DNA of 64,000 nucleotides, from assembly GCA_009103225.1 (NCBI GenBank), contig RHPI01002503.1, positions 563,585 to 627,584 on the forward strand, written 5' to 3'. Positions within the stretch are counted from its first letter, which is position 1. The number at the start of each line of letters is the position of its first letter. Below, piece by piece: positions 49,876 through 60,299 of this stretch. Source of the DNA: Chlorokybus atmophyticus (Eukaryota; Plantae; Mesostigma and Chlorokybus algae). Both the position numbers and the translations under genes were made by a program. Under the pieces are notes generated by a model. That model did not search any database. It saw only the letters and a program-made list of their open reading frames with translations, and was not told the DNA's origin.

Positions 49876-51228
49876 ATGGAGGGGGCTGAACAGGTCGGTA
49901 GGCTGGACAATAGTGGGCCTGCGTGGGCGGGTGAGGTTGCGGGTAGCGCGTGGGGCGTTGTGGAGCGGTACGGCTGGTTGATCCTGGGCGTGCTGGTGGC
50001 GGTGTGGCTGGTTGGACCGGCCGTCAAGGCGAGGATCGCTGCCATATCAGACGCCCTCACAGCTAGATGTGAGGGCACGGTTGATATTGGTTGCTATGAT
50101 AGTGCCTGTGCCTGTTTGACTGCTCCAAGCCACCAGCAAGCGAGCGCCCACAGACACGCATGCGAGTTGATTGTCAGTTCTTTGTCAACGACGTCAAGCT
50201 GCAACTAGATGCTTGGCGAAATGCTCAGCCGTGTTTGTACGTGTTTGTTCCTTTCGCTTGCTACACACTGTCGGACACCAACCCTCCGATGTTTGTTTGA
50301 TCACTGTTCATCACTTGGGTCGCTGTCGACGAACGTCACTAGTTTTTTCATTTGCTTCCTCCCTAATATACCGATTGTTGCCACTTGAGACCCCAAACCA
50401 AAAAGTGTACCACCCCCGCATGTATCATATCGTACACTACCATCTTCACGACCATGATCATGACCACTACCGCTCCCGCAGCCCCCGAGCGCGAGGCCGA
50501 GTGGTCCCGCCGCGCCCGCGACGCCCGCGCCCGTCAGCAGGAGCGCGAGGCGGCGGCGTCGCGTCAGTGGGCTGAGGGGGAGCCGGAGCGCCGGGCCGCC
50601 GTCGCCGCCGCGCGACTAAGGGAGATGCAGGAGAGGAGCGGGGGGGCGGGGATGCAGTTTCGCGGGAAAGGACGCCGCCTCGGATCTGAGGTGAGAGGAG
50701 ATGAGACACAGTCGTAGTGGTGTTACATTGGGTAGAACTGTTTCAGGTGAGTGATTTGGAGTGAACGGTGAACATCGGTCATGTGCTGCGTTGAAGTATG
50801 TAAGTGTGCGATAGTGATCTGCATCGCAGTCGAGTTTGAGTTTGTCGTGAATCTCGAGCTGGCTGGGACACAACCAACATGTTGCGGTGGTCGACATGTT
50901 GTTGTGGTATTGCAGCCGTCTCAAGACTCGGAGGGAGATTATGCCAGCCCCCCCGCATGCGCGCCTCCCAGCCCGCCACCGCCACCGGCGCCACGCACCA
51001 GCAGCCTTCCACGGCCACCACCTCGCTCTGGTAAGAGAGCATTCAACACACTGCATTACACATCTCTCACATGCAACACATGGGCACTGGTTTACATAGC
51101 ATACCGATCCCCGCAACATGTGCACCGATGCAGGCCACAACCCGCTGGGGCGGTCCTCTAATGTACATGGGTTCGCCCCGAGCGGCAGCATGCGCAGCGC
51201 TCCCTTCCGCCGCCGCGGATGACGTTAG
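49876..51228 (+). CDS. SELENOS: Selenoprotein S (SelS/VIMP)-like protein, 203 aa, Sec at residue 202 (UGA 51220-51222)
   Basis: Exons 49876-50068, 50482-50690, 50916-51030 and 51134-51228 are phase-consistent (612 nt). Single TM (ERYGWLILGVLVAVWLV), charged coiled region (..AAARLREMQE..FRGKG), Pro/Gly-rich tail with HNPL...RRRG-TGA-CGT-TAG. SECIS downstream. Confidence 0.85.
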
Positions 51229-51407
51229 CTTCCCCGACACCGCGGGCCCGACATCTATGAGATGGTATTCACAAGATGTCTACCCGCGCGTGCCGGAGAT
51301 TCAATGGTGCGGTGAAGAGTGTCAGAGGTTAGCGGGTCAACCAGCGCGGTTGCCTGCAGCCCGATCGCATCTCTCTTGTGTGATAAGGTGGTGGTTGATT
51401 GATTGTT

Positions 51408-51475
51408 GGCCTCTATGTGATGCGCTGGCTGCTAAAGCTCAGAAAAGGAGCGCGGCCGGCGTGGAGAAGTGTGCC
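51408..51475 (+). promoter_or_regulatory. Type II SECIS element in the SelS 3' UTR
   Basis: GUGAU core (51417-51421). 11-bp helix II GCGCUGGCUGC/GCGGCCGGCGU, fully paired with G-U allowed. Unpaired AAA (51434-51436), mini-stem GCUC/GAGC, 3' GGAG (51463-51466). Confidence 0.88.
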
Positions 51476-51800
51476 CTAGTTTCGTTCGCACCGCGAGCAG
51501 GGCTTTTGGCCAGAGTCGATCAATTGAATTGTCAAATAGGAAATGTAGGACATGTTTGTCCATCTGTTGGGTGCTTTGCTGTTGGCACACGCCCTTCTTA
51601 TTTGCAATAGTCATTGTTGTTGCTTTCACAGTGTGAAGTTCGCACTCAACAGCTGCACATGCGACACACACATGCACGCAAGCATGCACACCAATGCAAT
51701 GCAACGTGACAGCAAAACCAGGCTGCCTTGCTACAACGCACACAACAGTGTTCAACACATCCTCCCCAAAGCAATACTTCATGACAACCTCTCATCTCCC

Positions 51801-54137
51801 TCACGGCGACTCCGACTCGGAGTTTCCCCCCACAATCTCCCTCAGCGCCTGCATCCTCGTGGGCGGGGACCCCAGCTCCACCGCTTCGGGCGGCGGCCTC
51901 TGTCTCGACGGCGGCCTCGGAAACCTCTGATGGACTGTCGACGATTGTTGTTGTTGTTGTTGTTGTTGGGAGAAGGGTGGTCCTCCTCCTGCTCCGACGA
52001 GTGGGGGACGGGTGATGCCGCCCTGGAGTGGGGCAGTTTCGGGGCGGGGTTGTTTGCGGGAGTGGGTGGAGGAAGAGGAGTGGGTGTGGGGTTTGGAGCC
52101 GGGAGGGAGGAAGGAGAGACCCTCTGGTGAAGGAGAGTGGTGAGTATGTGGTGTGTTGTGATGGTTTGGGTAGTGTTGGGAGGTTACCTGTGAATAAGTG
52201 CAGGGCCTCTGGTGGTGGACGCTGCCTTGACGGCGGCCTGTTGGAGCTCCCCTGTTGCACGCACGCACAAACAAACACACATCCACATGTGTACTCGCTC
52301 GCCATGCCCACTCACATCCCCACTTCACTACACCCACAAGGTCAACATCTCCACCTGCACTCATCACCTACCTCGCATTCCACCGTGTGCAGTCGTCCCG
52401 GCGCGCTCCCCCGTCTTCGCTGGGCGTAGAACGCCTTGAGCAGGCTGGTGGACTGGTCCACGCCAGCAACAGCGGCGTTGCCAACATTGCCAACATTGCC
52501 GACATCGTCGTCAACATCGTTGTCGTCGTCAACATTGGGTTTGAAGGCTGGAGAGAACAACTCCGCCGCCAATGCCGACAGGTCCGTCTCCTTCGTGGAG
52601 GCGCTCCTCGCATCAATGCACCCGTCTTGCATCTGTTGGAGGGTTGTGTGTTTGGTGATGACTTGATGATGAGGTGATGGGGTGGTGTTGTTGGGTTGTT
52701 ACCCTTGCTGTGTCGACACTGCTGGTTGCTGGACGCAAGTCTGCGGTGTTGAGGGAGGCGCTGCTGTAGGCCGAAGGCACGCTGGAGAGCGTGACTGCCT
52801 TCTCGTCCTCGTCCTCCTCACTGCGCAGCAATAATACGCCTTGTATGTGTCGCTTCTGGTTAAGGTGATGCATATGTGCACGCGCAGAACACACACGTGC
52901 CTTGAGCTGATGAGGCCGTCGAGCTCGTTGCCCAGCCCGTGCGACGGCACACGCGAGTGCGGACCATGCCTGCTGCTGCGTGCAGAAGAGAGGCTTTCCG
53001 GCGCCGGCGTTGTGACCAAAGCCGCCTGGTAGCAACAGAGACAAATCAATGTGTGCATCTATGAGCCATGTCAGGCACACGTACGCGCACGCATACTTGA
53101 CAGGGCAACATGTCCTCCTGTTACCATGTAGTCGCTGAGCGATATGTGATCCATGGGTATCTCCCAATTATTGACGTTGCGGTGCTCATCGTCTGCGCTG
53201 TTGTAATTGTTATGCTTGTAGCTGTTTGAGACGCCATGATGATGCGAATGCCCCCGGATTGGATGACTGTTGACGTCACTGCTGCGCTTGTTGTGTACTT
53301 CTTGCGCACGAGCTCTGGTGTGTGCGCCACTGCTGCCGGCGTCTTCCACATCCTCTACCTCGAGCTGTAATCGTTGGGTGCTTACCTCTTGTTGTTGTAC
53401 TAAGTGGAGATGCGTATGTGACAGGTAAGTATGGTGGGTACCTGTCCTGCCCATGAAGACGATGCCGAGGGAGGGCCCCTTGCATTGTTCAGTGCGCTCG
53501 GACCCTCTGCAGACACACATGTGACGTACATATCCAAAAGTATGAACGACGTACACGCACACGCATACGCACATGCGCACGCGCTAACTACAGCAACAAT
53601 GCTAAAAACAATGGCTAACTTACGCCAGCTTTTCCTGCGGGCGGCGCCTTGGAAGAGCAGCGGCGTGTCTCCCCTGCTGCTCGCTTTTGAGCCAGGGTCT
53701 TGCGCGGACCGGACTACAACAGCGTCCTGTGCACATGCACGTTGGTGTGTGTCCGTGCGTTTACCTGCGTACAACAAGAGCAACTTGCGACATGTGTCGC
53801 TTAGGCGTACGTTCATTGACACGGTCTTCATGCGGCCTTTGTTGCGGTACGACCTGCCCGCAAGCTGCAAGACGTTCTGCCCTTCACCTGCGATCAACAC
53901 ACATGCAATCAAGGTAGGATACAACCACATGTCACCACGCACTCGTACACGCACCCCTCCCACACTCCCATTACTTAACAACACGCATACCTCCCGCGGT
54001 CGACAGCGCGCGTGCCCACATCACCGAGGATGATCCCGCCCCACCCTGGCCCTGACTCTGACTCTGAACCTGACTCTGACTCTGAAGCTGTTGCTGGCGG
54101 TCCCACAGCCTACTATTGTTGTTGCTGTTGCTGTTGC

Positions 54138-54168
<31 letters not shown>

Positions 54169-56324
54169 GCTGTTGTTGTTGTTGTTGTTGCTGCTGGTGT
54201 TGTTGTTGTTACTCCCACTCTCACCCCGCCACCCCGTCCTCGACCTGCTTTGCCTCCTTCCAATTGTGTCGGGCGCAGTCCCCGCCCTGGACTCCAACCC
54301 TGTGGAGTGTTTGTCACATACATAGTATCACACACATTATCTGCCATACACAACTCTCAGCAATGCCTCAGCAATGTGTTTGCCTTGGCGTTGGGGTTTT
54401 CTGTGCGTGGGGTGTGGTGGCGGCGTGCGCGCGTTGTGGGCGGGGTGTTGAGGGGGAGGGGTGGGAGGGGGAGAGGGGGAGGGGGAGAGGGAGGAGGAGG
54501 GGGAGATGTCTCCAGGAGAGGGGGAAGCCGCACGGGTAGGCACGTATCGGCTGCTTTTGCCCTGCAACACGCACACAAGTTGGTTACATAGCTGTCCTGT
54601 ACTGTCGTGGCTACACTCTCGCAGCCAAATTAAGAGCACATCGTCGTGCACATACAATATCAATTGGAAAATGGAGCTCACCTTTGCGCCATGCGCACGC
54701 GTGCCTCTCACCGCCAGCCCCCCGTCCACACTGCCGCTCCCCTGCCATAAACACCACGCACACATCACTCCCCCTCCTTCAAGTGCGACACTGTGTGTGT
54801 ATTTGTGTGTTTGTAGCTCCCTCGTTTACCTGCCATGCGGCACGCGGGCGACGCCGATGTGCTGTCCCACCTGCCCACTGCTCTTCCTCGCCTGCTCCTG
54901 ATGTGGCCCAATAGTCCGGGGCACTCGCCCGGCCCGACTGCGCGCATGCAAGAGAAAACTATGGTTGTTGTTGCGACTCTGGAGTGTAGCAAGACAGGTA
55001 ACACGAGAAAGAGAGACGGCTTTGTATGTAACCGTACCTCTACGGTTGGCTTGCCGCTGCTGTTGGCACCTGCTGTTGTTGTCCTCACTCGGAAGCATGT
55101 ATTCCTGCATTGCAAGACAGTTGTTGGGGCTACAGCAACCAGACACTGCAACGTACACCCAGTGAACCATACGATGGGAGTCTATACACTCACCCATCTT
55201 CAAGGGTGCGCTCCATCGTTCCCGCAACACACGTTGCGTCCACCAGCGGCTAAGATTGCTCACTCCCAACAATGCAGCCCATCTAACCTATACATTGGGC
55301 CCAACTTTAGATACTGATTGTTCAGCAGGTCTTGGTTCAATCTTGTTCCAAGTCGTCTTGTGCACACCTCGCTCGGTGTCTGCAGCCGATCAAAGCCACA
55401 CATGATGAATACATCCGAGGCGGTGTCTCACCCAAAGCTTAGATAAAACCAGCAAAGCACTATGCTAGTAGAGTCATCTGGACAAACGATGAGTCTGTGG
55501 GAGCTTACGTATTCATGAACATGGCAGCATACATACTGCTGAGCCTGCAGTGCGTAGCGTGGAATGCAGTCAAGCTAGGATCAGCTCAGCATCTCTCACA
55601 CTTTGTATACTTGCCTGGCGGAGCCCCTAACGTCAGAACCACTCTCAGCCAAGTTGTGTCACCATCACCATCAGGGGCATCAGCACTCGCTACGATGCAA
55701 TAAACACCACCACCACCCAGCCAACAAGCCCGTCCAGAGCAGGATTTGTCCACGGGTTGGCCTCTGTCTCGCTTTTGCCGACAAATGTCGCTTCCTACCA
55801 TCTGCTGTCTGGCTTCTGTCCACCGCTCAGGTTACTTGTTGTCGCTTCCGAGCATCTTGCTGTACGCCGCGGCGTAGCTGAAGCATCTGTACGTCGCGGC
55901 GCACGTGAGCGACTGGACTGGACTCCGCGCTAAAGCGTCCAGTCAACGCTTGTGAGTGCGTGGATGCCTTAGCGCAGACCCGACCAGGCCAACGCCAGCC
56001 CAGCCCAAACCAGGCCAGGCTGTAGGTCACTGTGCAACGCAGCGCTTGCTTGAATCTTTTTGAACAAGGCAAACTCTAGGGCGTTGGCCGCCGCCTCTGG
56101 TGGTGAAACGACCGTGGTGTGGTGTAGCGTTGTGTGTTACACAACTCGTGTCGGGGCAGAGTGTCGCAGTGTGACTGCGTGAACTTGAACACACCTTGTG
56201 TAGGAATAATGGGCGTGGAAGGGGAGGCGTCATGGACGTCCGCGTGTTCCTCCTCTGCTGGCAGAGAGGATCCCACGCCCGGGAGCTTGCTGCGGCTGAT
56301 GCGGGAGGAGAGCAAGTTCAGCAT
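51801..56324 (-). CDS. Multi-exon low-complexity protein of unknown function; 5' end uncertain
   Basis: Many AG/GT-bounded open exons with poly-N and poly-Q tracts. A 12-aa peptide RPPSRQRPPPEA occurs twice with only synonymous differences, which supports coding status. Stop at 51801. Confidence 0.55.
54115..54210. repeat. Imperfect (GTT)n/(AAC)n trinucleotide microsatellite, probably a poly-Asn tract on the minus strand
   Basis: About 30 GTT/GCT units read directly. Confidence 0.95.
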
Positions 56325-57235
56325 GAAGCGCCAATTCCCTTCTCAGGTCAGGTCGAACGAGATTGTGCTTAGTCCATATCTATCCCAGTTTGTTGCCTTT
56401 GGCTCACTACCAGCCTTGACAGAGGAACTCGTTCCATGCGGTGCCGGCGGCATCGGAAGCAACGTCCACGGCGGGAAGGAGTGGGCGTAGGGCTGTGCGT
56501 GTGCGAAATGAGACGGACGCTTGGGATTTCCTGGTCGGGGTCGGGCCCTCCGCTCAACCCGCTGTGGTGCGTAATAATGTCAATGTGGTTCTCAATGTTG
56601 ATAAATCAGCGCATGCGGGGGGGGGNNNNNNNNNNNNNNNNNNNNNNNNNNNNNNNNNNNNNNNNNNNNNNNNNNNGGGGGACAACCGGCTGACTTTCAG
56701 TTGTTTCTGTTGATACGAGTAGTTGAAGCATGAAGCAAAGGATGTGGGGCGGTTCAAGCCGGGGTGGCACACGCGGCGCGCTGGTTCGGTGATTGGGATA
56801 GAAAGGTACGTGTGTGGATGCATGCCGCACCATTGTGCTTGGCAGCGCATGAGGGCCGCAACAGACTTGCATCTCTTCTATTACAGACATGTAAGTCTTT
56901 TTCAGAACAAAAAAGCTACTGACATGACAGTTGTTGTGAGCAGGGTAAGAATGGAGCAGGAGCAAAAGGTCGCGTTAAAAGCAGAGGTGTCAATGTCGAC
57001 CAGGCGGCAACGGATGAAGGCGTTGCATGATTACAACGGTTTTGATCCCATCAAGTGCACTGACTTCACCACTCCCCTACACCCGTGCGTACCTGTGCTC
57101 TGTGATGTCACGAGCTAGACATCACTTGATACGTCGTCATGACTAAATGCACACTCATCTTTCGTGATTGTGTGCAGAAAGAAGCCACAGAGCAAAGCAA
57201 TCATTCCTCAGAAGCACGAGCCATTGATTTTCTAG
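56299..57235 (+). CDS. Small multi-exon hypothetical protein; spans an N gap
   Basis: Candidate exons MREESKFSMKRQFPSQ|gtcag ... KHEAKDVGRFKPGWHTRRAGSVIGIER|gtacg ... RRQRMKALHDYNGFDPIK|KKPQSKAIIPQKHEPLIF* (TAG 57233-57235). Confidence 0.45.
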
Positions 57236-57503
57236 AGCAGCGTTTCTACATGTCACATTGACATGCCATTTAATTGTGTAAAGCAGACTAGTTCCAATGC
57301 AACATGTCCCTGCATGTAAATCTCATACCAAAGCACAGACTCCATGGGAGTCGCAACTTACACAACTGTAACAATGGCCAAGTGGTGCTGGTGGCAGCAA
57401 CCATTGACTAACGCAGTTACACACACATTTGGTTATGTTGTGACTCAACGGCATGGTTGCGCACCAACACCAATGCAACAGCAGCACTGGCACTGGTTCC
57501 TTA

Positions 57504-59495
57504 CTAGAGTCCAAGTATGTGTTCTGTAATCTTGCCCCACAACGACCTGTTGACTTGCGGCAAAGTGGCCCCTGTTTGTTTGCTGGCACCATCGACCAGG
57601 TACGGGCGCTGCACAGCGGCAACCGGAACAGGAGTGGACTTCTGCGGCAATGCATGCAGTGCATCAACAGGCGCGCATCGATCCTGAAACGCCGATCTCT
57701 GCCACGGGCTCGGCACCTTGACACCCACGATCAAGGTGCTGCTCAACTGGATGCCGTTCCTGCTCAACGCCTTTCTGGCCTGGTACTTGTTCTGCACAGC
57801 AGCGGAAACAGCCATGTGATGCATCAGCAAAGAGCTTACCTCAACATAAGTAAGCAGCCATTGGCATGACTTGCCCCATCCCTACTACAGGCTTCCTTCC
57901 AGTCGCTCATGTACAACTTTGGCCAATGTGCAGTGACTTCACAGCACACATAGCTTACCTGGTACTGTATGTGTATCCAGTTTGCCCTGCCTGGTGCAAA
58001 TGTGCCATAGTTAACAATGTCTCCACACTTCTGAAACTCCCTTAACACCAAACCGGTGTCCTCTTCTGAAAACCTGCATCGCACAGAACAGCGCATTGAG
58101 CAGAGCTGCTACATCCAATATTATATGCTGTCACATACTACAATGCAGATAATACTGACAATGGTTGCTCCTGCCTACCCGAAGACGGTGACCCAACAGT
58201 CATCGTATGCATCTGATGCATGGTAGGGTTCAACAGCAGGGGTGGACGGTGTCAGCATGCTTGAATGTCCGCGTTGTCTTGCTCCTATCACCAGTGACAA
58301 GTAGCTTTGTGATGCGGGTTGTTGTCCAGACACGCTCGGAAGGTTGGAGGTCAGCTCCGGAGTGTCAATTGCTGCCTGTTAAGGAGAGACAGGAGATAAC
58401 TGTGAGTACTAGTAGTACTTAAGATACCAATGCAAGCAGAGTCTGCCTATACAAGTCTTCCAGATCGCGCGCACGAGCTTCAAATGGCAAATGATGGTCT
58501 TCAGCAGTGCTCAACATACTTTGTCGTCAAGGCTGGCCATGGGAGGGGGCGGTGCTGGAACATCTGCGAAGCCAGCACGTCCCCAACCGCCTGAGCTTCC
58601 CAGAGGAGTACCAGCTGCTGGCTCTGTGTACAAGTAGCCCTTTGGGTTGCCGCTACCTAGAGATCGCTGCAGAGCAAATTTGTGAACCAGTATCTCCAGC
58701 AGTGACTACAACCTATTGCAACACAGGCCGGTTGATAAACCTAACATGCTCGTTGACAATGTGCCAAATAAGAAAGGTGGCTTTGTCATAACAGCCAAGG
58801 AGTTGGTTGCCAGCGTATGTAAAACAAACAGGCACAAGAACGGCAGCATACACATGCTACTCTGCAATGCACCAGGCACACAGCACCAACCAAGTGAGAG
58901 CCTGCATAATATGGCTAATTGACGTGTCCATGGATATACCCAAAGCACAGTTTCTGAGTGTACACCTGCACATGTCGCTATTGCGTTCATTACTCGTGCC
59001 GATCTGCCTACCACGGCTGTTGCGCAATGAACACATATAGGCAGGAAAGGAAACACATGTGTGTGTGTGCCACTGCATGTACCGCAAACCTGTGAAGATA
59101 GGGAGCCTGCAATGAACACATATAGGCAGGAAAGGAAACATATGTGTGTGTGTGCCACTGCATGTACCACAAACCTGTGAAGATAGGGAGCCTGGCGTAT
59201 GGTTGAGCGCGTGACCGCCCCAAGGGCTCGGCGTGACGTTCGCGGCGCTGTGGTTGGGTGTGGAGCCTCCCCACAGCACGGGTCCCGTGCTTCGGGGACT
59301 GCGGAACCCCGTCAACGGCGTCCCGCGAGGCGTGCTGCTCGCTCCCACGCCCGCGGGCTCCGCTTCGTCAGCTGGAGGGAACAGCAGCGGCTTGAATGTG
59401 CCTCCTCCGCCGCCGCCTCCTCCAGGCGTCTGCTGCCCACCTCCTCCAGGCGTACCCACATGGCCAAAACCCCGAGCCGCAACATACGCCGACAT
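57504..59495 (-). CDS. NUP35: Nucleoporin NUP35/NUP53 (MPPN RRM domain)
   Basis: Disordered S/T-P-rich N-terminus, then WVTVFG/FSEEDTGLVLREFQKCGDI...ANWIHIQYQ/NKYQARKALSRNGIQLSSTLIVGVK, and a C-terminal amphipathic helix RSLWGKITEHILGL. Confidence 0.9.
59024..59193. repeat. Tandem duplication, 2 x 85 bp, covering the NUP35 exon-1 donor site
   Basis: 59024-59108 and 59109-59193 are near-identical (two substitutions seen). Confidence 0.93.
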
Positions 59496-59680
59496 CCTGC
59501 AATATCTCGTCTCTAAATTGAATGTACACGCTACGCCTACTCCTACTCTTCCGCCTCTGCCTCCCCTTCCTTGTTCTGCTCCTCTTGCTCCTCCTCTTCC
59601 TGCTCCTCCTCCGCCGCCGCCGCCGGCAGCCCCTGTGCAAATGCAAACCCTAGCTCATTTGAACTGCTGACAGCGGCTAC

Positions 59681-59690
59681 TGGCGGGAAA
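59681..59690 (-). promoter_or_regulatory. E2F-consensus site (TTTCCCGCCA) in the divergent NUP35/ASHH1 promoter
   Basis: TGGCGGGAAA on +, which is TTTCCCGC on -, matching the WTTSSCSS consensus; 186 bp upstream of the NUP35 ATG. Confidence 0.5.
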
Positions 59691-60299
59691 ACCGCTAACG
59701 ATCGCTTGCTGTTAACGTTGTGCCATTAAGATGCTGAATGCGTCAGCTCTGCTATTCAGTCTTAACGTTTCAGGCGGCAGCAACCGCAGTGACGGCGGCG
59801 GCGGCGGCGGCGGTGTAGGCGTCTGTGGTACGTGCTGAGAGCTTGTGTGCGGGTTTGCCATCTCGAATCAGCTTGCGGTGCTCAAGTTTTGTAATTACTG
59901 ACGGCTCGCTCCGGCTTGAGTGACAACCTCTCAGCCTAAGGACTTGCGAACGGCTGCGTTGCAAGGCTTTACGCGACGCCTGACTTTCTAGGCATGACCT
60001 CAATGTTGACTGCTTGAATTTCTCAGCATGTAGGTAACAGAGATGATAGAGCATGCTTGAGCAAGCTGCTTTTCTAGTAAGTCTTGACTTCAGCAGCTGT
60101 GCATCTGCTCTTGCGCTGCTGGTCAGAAAGGAGCAGAAGTTGCTTGACGGATGCTCTTGCTGCTGCGTTTTCTCTGTTTGGGCTGTAGTGAGCTTTAACT
60201 TGCACCACTTAATCATGCTTGCACTTCCGCATTGCAGGCATCCTTATGCCCGCAGGGCACTCAGCCGCACACGATAGTCACATGCAGCGCTGGTAGCTG

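Noticed and set aside
54012-54591. Poly-Cys, poly-Val, poly-Leu and poly-Thr ORFs
   Set aside because: Alternative-frame readings of the (GTT)n microsatellite.
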